Shown: positions 1 through 8,544, counted from the stretch's first letter. The stretch: DNA of 20,000 nucleotides from an uncultured virus (IMG/VR IMGVR_UViG_3300034082_002584) (IMGVR_UViG_3300034082_002584); one strand, 5' to 3'. The notes: generated by a model from the letters alone, not told the origin. Made by a program: numbers and translations.

Positions 1-1
1 A

Positions 2-160
2 AAAGATGTTCATCTATTACATCGTTGGGCAAAAATTCAACAACATTTTGTTAGTATAGACTTTGTTGATGAATTAGAAGAAAAGAAATATATTGACATT
101 GATACCATGGGTTCAGCAGCATGTGTTGGAACTAAAGATGGTTTAGGTTGTGCAATTTAA
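2..160 (+). CDS. C-terminal end (5'-truncated) of a probable ribonucleotide reductase, likely class II/NrdJ-type
   Basis: Open frame from base 2 reads KDVHLLHRWAKIQQHFVSIDFVDELEEKKYIDIDTMGSAACVGTKDGLGCAI*. The terminal Cys pair resembles the RNR C-terminal redox tail (ACxGG-xCEI type), and glutaredoxin follows directly. Confidence 0.6.
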   Translation, partial: KDVHLLHRWAKIQQHFVSIDFVDELEEKKYIDIDTMGSAACVGTKDGLGCAI

Positions 161-168
161 TTAACTAA

Positions 169-195
169 AGTGGGGGAGAAATCCCCCACTAATTT
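169..195 (+). terminator. Stem-loop, probable intrinsic terminator or processing hairpin
   Basis: AGTGGGGGA-GAAA-TCCCCCACT: perfect 9-bp stem with a GNRA tetraloop just after the stop at 160. The T tail (AATTT) is weak. Confidence 0.65.
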
Positions 196-206
196 ATGAA
201 AGAAAT

Positions 207-464
207 ATGAAAATGACAGAAAATAATTCAACTGCAATAATATGGTCAATCAATAACTGCCCATACTGTAGCCAAGCAAAAAACTTTTTAAAACAAAAAG
301 GCATCGCATACGAAGAAAGAAATCTACAAGAAGGAACATGGTCAAAAGCACAATTATTAGAAAGTGTTCCAAATGCAAGAACAGTCCCACAAATATTTTT
401 AGATGATAAATATATTGGTGGATATGACAAATTAGTAGAACATTTTAAGAAAGAAAATAAATGA
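207..464 (+). CDS. grxC: Glutaredoxin
   Basis: CPYC active site, TVPQIF and IGGYD motifs; adjacent to RNR. Start may be ATG 213. Confidence 0.95.
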   Translation: MKMTENNSTAIIWSINNCPYCSQAKNFLKQKGIAYEERNLQEGTWSKAQLLESVPNARTVPQIFLDDKYIGGYDKLVEHFKKENK

Positions 465-784
465 TAATTAATGTAATTAAATCAATGGACGTAGTATCGC
501 TAAAACTCACCAGTAGTGAAGAAATAGTAGGAATGTTTGTTGAAAAAACTACAACAGGAATTAAATTGAGAAAACCATTAGCATTAGCAATGTCACAAAA
601 TGGGCCAGCACTGACACCATATTTTATTACAGGTGACGTAATGGCCGAAGCATCAGAAATGGAATTTAATTTAAACACAGTAGTTGCTATGATTAAAACC
701 TATAAACCATATGCTGATGCATACACCCAGTCTACTACGGGACTAGATTTAAGCACTAAATCAAAATCAGGATTAATAATATAA
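461..784 (+). CDS. Conserved T4-like phage protein, possible Sm-like fold
   Basis: ATGA overlap with grx. N-terminal VVSLKLTSSEEIVG resembles small Sm-like beta-barrel proteins of T4-like phages. Confidence 0.55.
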   Translation: MIINVIKSMDVVSLKLTSSEEIVGMFVEKTTTGIKLRKPLALAMSQNGPALTPYFITGDVMAEASEMEFNLNTVVAMIKTYKPYADAYTQSTTGLDLSTKSKSGLII

Positions 785-1059
785 TGCCAGAAATTCATCG
801 CAACAATGACAAAAGAGTATGCGGAGCAACTACAAGAGTTGTAGGACAGTCTACCGTTTATTTAAACGGTGAATTGATAAGTGTTGAAGGTGATCCATGT
901 AGTCATGGAAATGGTGAATTAAAAGCAGATACTAACACTAGTAAAATTTATATTAACGGAAAAAAAGTAGTATACAATGGAAGCAATGCGTATCCAGACA
1001 GATTTAGGCATTTAAATCCATCAGCTTCCAGTGGAAGCAGCGATGCACATGCAGAATAA
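784..1059 (+). CDS. PAAR-like baseplate spike-tip protein (T4 gp5.4-like)
   Basis: 91 aa with HRNND..CG, repeated VYLNG/IYING, EGDPCSHG and SGSS.. C-terminus; Cys/His candidates for Zn binding. Confidence 0.75.
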   Translation: MPEIHRNNDKRVCGATTRVVGQSTVYLNGELISVEGDPCSHGNGELKADTNTSKIYINGKKVVYNGSNAYPDRFRHLNPSASSGSSDAHAE

Positions 1060-1070
1060 GGAATAATATT

Positions 1071-1688
1071 ATGGCAATTGCACCACAAACACCATCTATA
1101 CCAAGAAAAAGTGATAGAACTAAACCTCCAGCCAATGGCAATTGCAGTGGATCAGGTGGTGGATCAGGTGGTGGATCAGGTGGTGGATCAGGTGGTGGAT
1201 CAGGTGGTGGATCAGGTGGTGCTGGTCAAGATTATACTAATAGATTTAATGAAACTTCTGCACAAGATATGTATGGTTGTTTGCGAAATACGGTTGGATT
1301 AAGCCACAATCAAGCAATTGGTGCCCTAGCAAATATAAATCGTGAATCTTCTTTTAATTCGGCGGCAGTCGGAGATAATGGAAATTCTTTTGGATTATTT
1401 CAATTTAATAGACCAGCAGGTAGAGCAGACCCGTTTTTAAATGCAGTTCCTGATTGGCAAACAAATCCATGTGGACAAGCAACATATATGTTTACTAAAG
1501 ACAGTGCAGGAAAAGCATATGCAGCAAGAGATTTTTCTTCTCCACTAGATGCTGCAAATTATTTTACGAATAATGTAGAAATCCCACAAGATAGAGCAGC
1601 ATACACTGCACCTGGTGGGTATAATTCACAAATTGTTGATGATCTTACTACCAGTATACCAAATACTGATGGTAGCATAACTGCATAA
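1071..1688 (+). CDS. Phage tail-type lysozyme (Phage_lysozyme2-like) with N-terminal Gly/Ser linker
   Basis: AIGALANINRESSFN (catalytic Glu), GDNGNSFGLFQF, AANYFTNNVEIP; RBS AAGGA upstream. Confidence 0.8.
   Translation: MAIAPQTPSIPRKSDRTKPPANGNCSGSGGGSGGGSGGGSGGGSGGGSGGAGQDYTNRFNETSAQDMYGCLRNTVGLSHNQAIGALANINRESSFNSAAVGDNGNSFGLFQFNRPAGRADPFLNAVPDWQTNPCGQATYMFTKDSAGKAYAARDFSSPLDAANYFTNNVEIPQDRAAYTAPGGYNSQIVDDLTTSIPNTDGSITA
1149..1220 (+). repeat. Six perfect tandem copies of 12-bp GGATCAGGTGGT (encodes GSGG x6)
   Basis: Units read directly at 1149, 1161, 1173, 1185, 1197 and 1209. Confidence 0.97.
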
Positions 1689-1704
1689 TAGGCAAGGATA
1701 AAAA

Positions 1705-3243
1705 ATGGCAAATACTATGACCCCAATGGAAGGATTGCAATCAGTAAATGAATATCTTGATACTAGACACCATATAGATAAAAATGTGACCTCCAATATT
1801 AATGATTTTGGTAGAGTTGTTTTTCAAGCAGGATATGATTTTAGCACTAGAGAAATACTTTGTAATTTATTAGCTGGCAGAGGTTTATTATTACCTAATT
1901 TACAAATATGTTTGAGCATTAATCTAAAAGCTATATTGGGCGTAGATAAGTTACAACAACAATTACGAAATGCACTTTCGAAACTAGATACTGCATTTGA
2001 CAGTTTTTTACAACATACTGGAATTAATAGTATTTTGAGCAGATTAAATTCTGCATTGGGAGAAATAACTCAAATTGCAAATATGATTAATTTTTGTGGA
2101 AAACCATTAACTCCAATATCTATTCCAAATACTTTAGAAAATGCTATGCAAAGTTTTCTGGGAAAAGGAAAATCATTGATAGATAAGATAGGATCAATTG
2201 TTCCTGATGAAATTGGTGGGTGTCTTGCATTTGACGGAAAAGATTTTAATTTAAGTCTATTTGGTGGCGGTATATTAGGAGATTTATCAGCAAATTGGGA
2301 AAGAGTAAGCACAGGTGGATTAACACAAAGTGAACTTGATTTATATGAATCAAGAATAAACGATGTTATTATAGAAGTTGATACTCTTATAACAGATGAA
2401 AATAATACTAGTAGTGTAGTAGAATATGGTGGTAGTGATTTTAATGAAGGAACCGATACTCCATTAAACACTAACCTTGGAGTTGTTCATAATCCCGAAT
2501 CTGCGGGAATACAATCAAATGCAGCAATCGCTTCACAATTACAATCGCTATATAATAGATTTGCTGGATATCCCGTAATTGATTCTAACGGAACTGTTCA
2601 TGACAACGTATTTAAACTTATATTAGATGACAAAATGATTGATCTATTACGTAAAAAATCAAATACAGCACAACCAGTAATTACACAAGAACCAATATAT
2701 AATTATTGCAATGAAATTGTAGGATATAAAACTACATCAATTCAATCAGTTCAAGAAACTAGTAATGGTATTTCACCAGCCACCCCTATTTCCGCACCGG
2801 GATTTTTAGCCAATGGATTAGATACAAGCAATGAAGCATATGTTGCTGCCAATACCGTTACTGGTTCTGCGACAAATACTGTTGTAGTCGATTATGCTAC
2901 CGAAACAGCAGAAACTACTAGCCTAACGCCAGTTGAAGTTGTATTCGCTACACCTCTTACTATTGCAGCAAATGAATCAATATTCTATACAATTACTGCA
3001 GTAGGAAGATTAAAAGCAAATGGTTCTACTACTATAATTAAAAAAATAGGCGTAATATATAGTTTCAATGGATTAATTACAGTTTCACCAGATAATATAA
3101 CTACTCAAATATACGGTGATAACACTGGTATTAATTGGGATTCATATGCACAAAATGATAATTCTCAAATAAAAATTTATGTTAAGGGAGCAAATTCTAC
3201 TGACATAATATGGAAAGTCAAACTTGAATACGAAAAAGTTTAA
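1705..3243 (+). CDS. Hypothetical 512-aa protein, probable virion/baseplate component
   Basis: Long ORF with RBS AAGGA, directly after PAAR and lysozyme; Thr/Asn/Ser-rich, beta-rich C-terminal region. Function inferred from context only. Confidence 0.55.
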   Translation: MANTMTPMEGLQSVNEYLDTRHHIDKNVTSNINDFGRVVFQAGYDFSTREILCNLLAGRGLLLPNLQICLSINLKAILGVDKLQQQLRNALSKLDTAFDSFLQHTGINSILSRLNSALGEITQIANMINFCGKPLTPISIPNTLENAMQSFLGKGKSLIDKIGSIVPDEIGGCLAFDGKDFNLSLFGGGILGDLSANWERVSTGGLTQSELDLYESRINDVIIEVDTLITDENNTSSVVEYGGSDFNEGTDTPLNTNLGVVHNPESAGIQSNAAIASQLQSLYNRFAGYPVIDSNGTVHDNVFKLILDDKMIDLLRKKSNTAQPVITQEPIYNYCNEIVGYKTTSIQSVQETSNGISPATPISAPGFLANGLDTSNEAYVAANTVTGSATNTVVVDYATETAETTSLTPVEVVFATPLTIAANESIFYTITAVGRLKANGSTTIIKKIGVIYSFNGLITVSPDNITTQIYGDNTGINWDSYAQNDNSQIKIYVKGANSTDIIWKVKLEYEKV

Positions 3244-3246
3244 CGC

Positions 3247-3275
3247 TTGACATAAGGTCATATTCGTAGTATAGT
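3247..3275 (+). promoter_or_regulatory. Sigma70-type early promoter
   Basis: TTGACA-17 nt-TATAGT in the intergenic gap. Confidence 0.85.
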
Positions 3276-3292
3276 TACACATTGTTATTAAT

Positions 3293-4159
3293 GTGAGAAA
3301 TACGAATATGACCTTTATTACTTTTCCTTCACCTCAGTTAAATGCTGCAACAGGGTTTTTACCATCGTCGGTATTCACTAATCCGCTGCTAGTCAATAAA
3401 AAAACAAATGATATTACCGACTATCCATATACTGCAAAAGAATGGATGATAAAATATCTAAAAATTGATCCAGAATATATAGAACCAATGTTCGATTTCT
3501 TTAAAAGAAACTTGATTACATTTCATATGGAAAAATCTGAAAAACCAGAATCAAAATATCGTGAATATTTAAAACTATGCGTGACTGACCGACTACGGAT
3601 TAGTGAATCTGGTATGGGTTATAATCTAGACAATCCAAATGAAACAGATGATTATAATTCATCTTATTCAAAAAATATGTCTGGATTTTTACGTTATATG
3701 ATCCTTCATTTTGAAGAAGATCGCATTATAGATATTATTTCTAAAAAATATAATATTGAAAATAATACAATAAATGACATACTGAAATTAAAAAACTATA
3801 AAAAACAAATTTCTAGAAAATCATTTTTTGAACTATTAGAAAATGCTGAAGATTTAGATGCTGATATTTCTTCTAGTGACGAGATAGGGCATTTTAGAAC
3901 TTTCAATATAGTAAAAACTATATTTTCTTACAATTATCACAAAAAATGTAACTTTTTATGTGTTGGTGAGCATAATTCCGCTCACTTTATAGTCAAATGC
4001 GACACAAATTTAGACAATCCTGTACTAAACTACATACAAAAAAAGTTCGATAATGAAAAGTTTGCAGTAAATATAGTTAGTGGACATATGAAAGTAGCAA
4101 CAAACTTAAATGGGTTTGATTTGCTTCTGCTATCCAATGGATCGTGGATTCTTCCATAA
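3293..4159 (+). CDS. Hypothetical protein (288 aa; start may be ATG 3308)
   Basis: Long ORF filling the space between two promoters; no motif recognised. Confidence 0.7.
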   Translation: MRNTNMTFITFPSPQLNAATGFLPSSVFTNPLLVNKKTNDITDYPYTAKEWMIKYLKIDPEYIEPMFDFFKRNLITFHMEKSEKPESKYREYLKLCVTDRLRISESGMGYNLDNPNETDDYNSSYSKNMSGFLRYMILHFEEDRIIDIISKKYNIENNTINDILKLKNYKKQISRKSFFELLENAEDLDADISSSDEIGHFRTFNIVKTIFSYNYHKKCNFLCVGEHNSAHFIVKCDTNLDNPVLNYIQKKFDNEKFAVNIVSGHMKVATNLNGFDLLLLSNGSWILP

Positions 4160-4163
4160 TGAC

Positions 4164-4192
4164 TTGACAATTGTAGTTTTCATCGGTATGAT
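4164..4192 (+). promoter_or_regulatory. Sigma70-type early promoter
   Basis: TTGACA-17 nt-TATGAT upstream of the hydrolase gene. Confidence 0.85.
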
Positions 4193-4256
4193 GTAAGTCA
4201 TACTGTGTCCCTATTGCTGCTGTGTTATGGCAGCATATTAGAAAAAAGGAAATAAC

Positions 4257-4754
4257 ATGATTGCGAATATCTTATTTGCGATTGTGGTTCAAAACTTGGC
4301 GGTCGATCCAGCCATGATTATAAATATTATAGAAACAATGACGAACCACAATACAGAAACAGAAATTAACATTCAACTTACTGAGAAAGAATTGAATTGT
4401 TTAGCACTAAATATATATCACGAGTCACGTGGTGAACCATTAGAAGGGCAACTAGCGGTAGCATCTGTAACTCTAAATAGAGCATCAGATGACCGTTACC
4501 CTGATAATGTTTGTTTGGTGGTTTGGCAAGACAGTCAATTTTCATGGACTAGTGACCGAAATAGTGACAAACCAAAAGATGAAAAATCTTGGAAAATTGC
4601 ACAAAACGTTGCGATGATGGTTTCTTCGGAATATAGTCCAATTATTGATGTTACCGATGGAGCAACTATGTTTCACGCAGTGGGATCAAAGCCAAGATGG
4701 CGAAAACGATTTGAAAAAACCGCCCAAATTGGTGGTCACGTCTTTTATAGGTAA
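4257..4754 (+). CDS. sleB: Cell wall hydrolase, SleB/Hydrolase_2 family
   Basis: CLALNIYHESRGEP..GQLAVA.VTLNR, CLVVWQ..QFSW, TDGATMFHA, IGGHVFYR; hydrophobic N-terminus; RBS AAAGGA. Confidence 0.93.
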   Translation: MIANILFAIVVQNLAVDPAMIINIIETMTNHNTETEINIQLTEKELNCLALNIYHESRGEPLEGQLAVASVTLNRASDDRYPDNVCLVVWQDSQFSWTSDRNSDKPKDEKSWKIAQNVAMMVSSEYSPIIDVTDGATMFHAVGSKPRWRKRFEKTAQIGGHVFYR

Positions 4755-4760
4755 TTAATA

Positions 4761-6410
4761 ATGAAAATATTAGGAAAAATAACGTTGGCGGTTGCACTAA
4801 GCATTAGTGTTGTTGCCGCATATTATAGTATTGCTGGCTTAACTGCAATATTTGCCTCTGCCGCTATATCGGTAATAATAATGGGAACTGTTTTAGAAAT
4901 TGCAAAAATAACTACAGCAGTATGGCTTCATATAAACTGGAATAATACTCCATTTTTAATGAAAACATATTTAACAACTGCTACAATAGTTCTTATGTTT
5001 ATTACGAGCATGGGCATTTTCGGATTTCTAAGTAAAGCTCACGTAGAACAAACTGCAATATCTCTAGAAAGCGTGGCAACTCTTGAACAAATTGATAAAA
5101 AAATATTTGATCAAGAAGAAGCAATAAAGACAGGTCTTTCAGAAATAGAAGCACTTTCAAATACTAAAGGAGTTGCTGTAGATAATATTCAAAAACAAAT
5201 TGATGAAGAACAAAAAAATATTGATAAGATAGTAGCCAGAATACAACCGTCTATAGATGAGCAAAATTCTATTATTCAAAAAATAGAAATGTTTAATCAA
5301 GATAGATTGAGCAAAATAGATTCAGAGATTGAAAAAGTTACTACCGAGTTGGAACAGTTAAAAATAGAACAAAAGAATTTGTCAGGAAACCAACCTAATC
5401 AAACAGATAAAACTATTATCATTGAAAAAAATGCAAAATTAGCAAGTTTGAAAAAGAGTTTGATAGAAATAGATAATTTATTATCTAACCAATCAAAACA
5501 AAATATAAAAACTCTACAATCTATAATAGGCGTAAACGTAGATGGTATTAATGGTACAGAAACTCGTGCCACTATTCAGTCTTATCGAAATAATTTAATT
5601 TCCGAAATATCAACTGCTGAAGAAGAAATAAAAGTTATATCGGAAACTGACTCAACCAATAAAAAAGAACGAGAAGATTTCTTAACAAAAAGAAATCTAG
5701 AATTATTATCATCAATAAAAGCATTAGAAGAAAAATTACAAGTTCTACAGACAGAAAGAACTACACTGTTAAATTCTACTGACCCCAGAATTATAGAAGC
5801 ACAGAAAAAAATTGAAAATATCAGATTAACAGTTGACGATCAATTAAAACAAAGTAATGCTCTTATACAGTCATTGCGGGATGAATTGGTAAAAGCTTCA
5901 AATATTTCAGTAGAAGATTCTATATTAACTCAAAGAAAAAATATAGAATCTTCTAGAGAGGTGATTTCTAACTTGACAAGTGAAAAATTTAGTGTAGAAT
6001 CAGAGTTAAGAAAATTAGAAGCAGAAGTTGGCCCAGTAAAATATATTGCAGAAATGGCATATGGAGTTGATGCTAATAAAAATGCATTAGAAACTGCGGT
6101 AAGATGGGTAATTTTACTATTGGTATTTGTGTTTGATCCATTGGCGGTAGTATTAGTTCTTGCAGGAATAAGAACACTAGAACAATCAAATTTGATTGAT
6201 AAAACTAAACCAACTCTTACAGAGGAAAATATTAATACCAAACCTTATGTTAAGCGTAAGTATGTTTCTAAGAAAAAAACAGAACCTATTGTGGAGAAAG
6301 AAACGCAGCTAGAAATGGCTTTTCAACCAATAGAAAAATATACAAAGAAATCAAATCCTACAAAAAAGCAATCACGCCCACCAGTTTTAATTCAAAAACC
6401 AAAACAATAA
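4761..6410 (+). CDS. Membrane-anchored long coiled-coil protein with embedded PG-binding-like motif
   Basis: About three N-terminal TM segments, long E/K/Q-rich coiled coil, LQSIIGVNVDGINGTET motif, C-terminal TM segment (WVILLLVFVFDPLAVVLVLAG) and basic tail. Confidence 0.75.
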   Translation: MKILGKITLAVALSISVVAAYYSIAGLTAIFASAAISVIIMGTVLEIAKITTAVWLHINWNNTPFLMKTYLTTATIVLMFITSMGIFGFLSKAHVEQTAISLESVATLEQIDKKIFDQEEAIKTGLSEIEALSNTKGVAVDNIQKQIDEEQKNIDKIVARIQPSIDEQNSIIQKIEMFNQDRLSKIDSEIEKVTTELEQLKIEQKNLSGNQPNQTDKTIIIEKNAKLASLKKSLIEIDNLLSNQSKQNIKTLQSIIGVNVDGINGTETRATIQSYRNNLISEISTAEEEIKVISETDSTNKKEREDFLTKRNLELLSSIKALEEKLQVLQTERTTLLNSTDPRIIEAQKKIENIRLTVDDQLKQSNALIQSLRDELVKASNISVEDSILTQRKNIESSREVISNLTSEKFSVESELRKLEAEVGPVKYIAEMAYGVDANKNALETAVRWVILLLVFVFDPLAVVLVLAGIRTLEQSNLIDKTKPTLTEENINTKPYVKRKYVSKKKTEPIVEKETQLEMAFQPIEKYTKKSNPTKKQSRPPVLIQKPKQ

Positions 6411-6422
6411 AAGGAAATATAA

Positions 6423-6890
6423 ATGCAAAACGAAAATAGTGTATTCACTGTTACATATCCTAGCTTATATCTTACAGGATTGGATAATATAAGTGTATTA
6501 TTCTTAGGAATGGATGAAAGTCAATTAGAAAAAATCCATGCGGTATTTGAACAATCATATTATGAAAATGAAATAGTATTTTATGTAACTGAAAAATCAT
6601 TAGATGATGAAACAATTGCATGGGCTAACCTCATTGCACCAACCGTAAATTTTTTGGTTGTAAATACTGATAATCTAAATAGTGTTGAGGCTACTTTGGC
6701 ATTTGCTATAGAAGAATATGCAAAAAATCCAAAAGTGATATACATGTCATTTAATCATGCTCAAAATGCATTATCAAAACTTATTAGCCATCTAGGAACA
6801 CCTGTTATAAAAACTATGGAAGAATTTGCCGAATTGATTTCATATGTTTCTGAATCAGATGAACTATCAGGTGGCAAAGACGAAGAATAA
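6423..6890 (+). CDS. Hypothetical acidic protein
   Basis: 155-aa ORF with RBS AAAGGA. Confidence 0.7.
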   Translation: MQNENSVFTVTYPSLYLTGLDNISVLFLGMDESQLEKIHAVFEQSYYENEIVFYVTEKSLDDETIAWANLIAPTVNFLVVNTDNLNSVEATLAFAIEEYAKNPKVIYMSFNHAQNALSKLISHLGTPVIKTMEEFAELISYVSESDELSGGKDEE

Positions 6891-6942
6891 AATACAAAAT
6901 AGAGAATTTATTATTCTATTTTTAAGTCATTAGGAGTTACAC

Positions 6943-7245
6943 ATGGCAGAAATAAAAACAAAAAGAAAAACAAAAACAAAAATAAACATAGCCGAACCAA
7001 AAAAATGGAATGTAGTATTTTATAATGACGACAAAACTCCTATGGATTTTGTGATTGCTGTTTTGGAAGAAGTTTTTCATTACAATAATGAGAAAGCAAT
7101 GGAAATGACCCTGCGTATTCATGAAACTAATTCACAAATAGTTGCTACTTATAATTATGAAATTGCAGAACAAAAAACTTCTGAAACTCTTATGCTGGCT
7201 AGAAATTTTAACTTCCCATTTAGAGTAGAATTAATTCAAGAATAA
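6943..7245 (+). CDS. clpS: ATP-dependent Clp protease adaptor ClpS
   Basis: PKKWNVVFYNDDKTPMDFVIAVL..F, MLRIH-like segment, YEIAEQK, FPFRV; RBS AGGAG. Confidence 0.95.
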   Translation: MAEIKTKRKTKTKINIAEPKKWNVVFYNDDKTPMDFVIAVLEEVFHYNNEKAMEMTLRIHETNSQIVATYNYEIAEQKTSETLMLARNFNFPFRVELIQE

Positions 7246-7251
7246 TTAATT

Positions 7252-7293
7252 CTGCGTTGCAGAAAATGCATACCGACATTGCTGCAACTGCAT
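7252..7293. promoter_or_regulatory. Tandem CTGC-N3/4-GCAG-type palindromes (PhaR-box-like operator)
   Basis: TTCTGC-GTT-GCAGAA (7250-7264) and CTGC-AACT-GCAT (7282-7293) in an intergenic gap. The regulator assignment is inference. Confidence 0.4.
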
Positions 7294-7353
7294 TGGTATA
7301 TTGCTACAAACCATGATATATACTTATGCATAGAATAAAAATGGAGAGTACGA

Positions 7354-7509
7354 ATGAAATTTTTTAATTTGTTTAAAAAAGAGCCACGCATAAAAGACGA
7401 AGACTTGCTAAGAGTAGCAAAAATCGAATATAAAAAAGATTATATGGTTGCATATAACTGGATGAAGTTAAACCCCGGAAAAAATCCAGAAATGGGAGAA
7501 TTTAGATAA
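7354..7509 (+). CDS. Small hypothetical protein (51 aa, not in ORF track)
   Basis: RBS GGAGAG; MKFFNLFKKEPRIKDEDLLRVAKIEYKKDYMVAYNWMKLNPGKNPEMGEFR*; TAATG coupling to the next gene. Confidence 0.75.
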   Translation: MKFFNLFKKEPRIKDEDLLRVAKIEYKKDYMVAYNWMKLNPGKNPEMGEFR

Positions 7510-7700
7510 TGAAAAATATTATTACCTCTTTTATTAACTATATAAATGATTTAAAAAAGTCAGATGAACAAAAATATCTAGAAAACTCAATGGATGCCGT
7601 AGACTTAGAATATCGCCAAAAAAATATCATGAATGGAACTGCTCCATACCAACAGTATTACAATCATACAAAAAATTATCTATCAGATAATAGATATTGA
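7509..7700 (+). CDS. DUF3563-like small protein
   Basis: EQKYLENSMDAVDLEYRQK matches the E.YL..S.D..DLE.R.R pattern of DUF3563; RBS GGGAG. Confidence 0.7.
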   Translation: MKNIITSFINYINDLKKSDEQKYLENSMDAVDLEYRQKNIMNGTAPYQQYYNHTKNYLSDNRY

Positions 7701-7747
7701 TTTTTTTATTATTATGTGATACTATATGATTCTATTAGGAGAAAAGT

Positions 7748-7924
7748 ATGTCATCACAAGATTATACAAATATAAAAACGTCTGATAGAATATCAGAACT
7801 AGAAAAAAATGTAGAGTTGTTACAAAGAAACGTTTTTGACTTGCAACATCAACTACAAAATGCTTATATCAGGATAGACACGTTAACCAAAGATATGGCA
7901 AGCACACATGATTCGGATTCATAA
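7748..7924 (+). CDS. Small coiled-coil protein (58 aa, not in ORF track)
   Basis: RBS AGGAG; MSSQDYTNIKTSDRISELEKNVELLQRNVFDLQHQLQNAYIRIDTLTKDMASTHDSDS*; overlaps the tilS start. Confidence 0.7.
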   Translation: MSSQDYTNIKTSDRISELEKNVELLQRNVFDLQHQLQNAYIRIDTLTKDMASTHDSDS

Positions 7925-8519
7925 CCCAGTTGGAACTAAACTTCCTCGCAACATTATGGTTGCATGTAGTGGCGGTGCGGATAGCATCGCCATTACTCAT
8001 TTTCTTGCAATAAAACATGATGTCACCGTTGCATACTTTAATCATGGAAATGAATTTGATGCTATGAGCGAAGAATGGGTTTATGATTGGTGTAAAAACA
8101 ATTCAATTAAGTTTATAACTGCAAAAATTACACGAGAAAAAAGCAAAAACGAAAGTAACGAAGAATACTGGAGAAATGAAAGATATGAATGGTTTCATTC
8201 GTTGAATAATATTATTGTGACTGCACATCATCTTGATGATTGTATTGAAACATGGATTTGGTCTAGTCTTAACGGCGAAGCTAAGATTATTCCATATAGC
8301 AATAGAAATGTTATTCGTCCATTCAGAACCAATAAAAAACAAGAACTGGTAGAATGGTGTAATCGACATAATGTGGAGTATTTGACTGATCCTTCTAACC
8401 AAGACACAAAATATATGCGTAACTATATTAGAAATAATATGATGGATCATGTCCTTCATGTTAATCCGGGAATTTCAAAAGTAATTCGCAAGAAAATTAT
8501 CGAACTATTGAATTTCTAA
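7908..8519 (+). CDS. tilS: tRNA(Ile)-lysidine synthetase, minimal form (PP-loop domain only)
   Basis: VACSGGADS PP-loop, FNHG, R..RY, TAHHLDD..ET, IRP, DPSN.D..Y.RN.IR. Confidence 0.9.
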   Translation: MIRIHNPVGTKLPRNIMVACSGGADSIAITHFLAIKHDVTVAYFNHGNEFDAMSEEWVYDWCKNNSIKFITAKITREKSKNESNEEYWRNERYEWFHSLNNIIVTAHHLDDCIETWIWSSLNGEAKIIPYSNRNVIRPFRTNKKQELVEWCNRHNVEYLTDPSNQDTKYMRNYIRNNMMDHVLHVNPGISKVIRKKIIELLNF

Positions 8520-8520
8520 A

Positions 8521-8527
8521 ATAAATA
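8521..8527 (+). promoter_or_regulatory. Candidate T4-like late promoter (ATAAATA)
   Basis: ATAAATAAATATA just upstream of RBS AAGGA of the hydrolase gene. Resembles TATAAATA, but the context is AT-rich. Confidence 0.35.
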
Positions 8528-8544
8528 AATATAAAGGATTTCAT

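Noticed and set aside
1149..1220. Possible CRISPR array or synthetic linker contamination
   Set aside because: There are no spacers and the unit is only 12 bp. It is in frame within a natural ORF, with no vector or tag sequence nearby.
1078..1302. ORF with (VVDQ)n repeat
   Set aside because: Alternative-frame reading of the 12-bp repeat inside the lysozyme gene.
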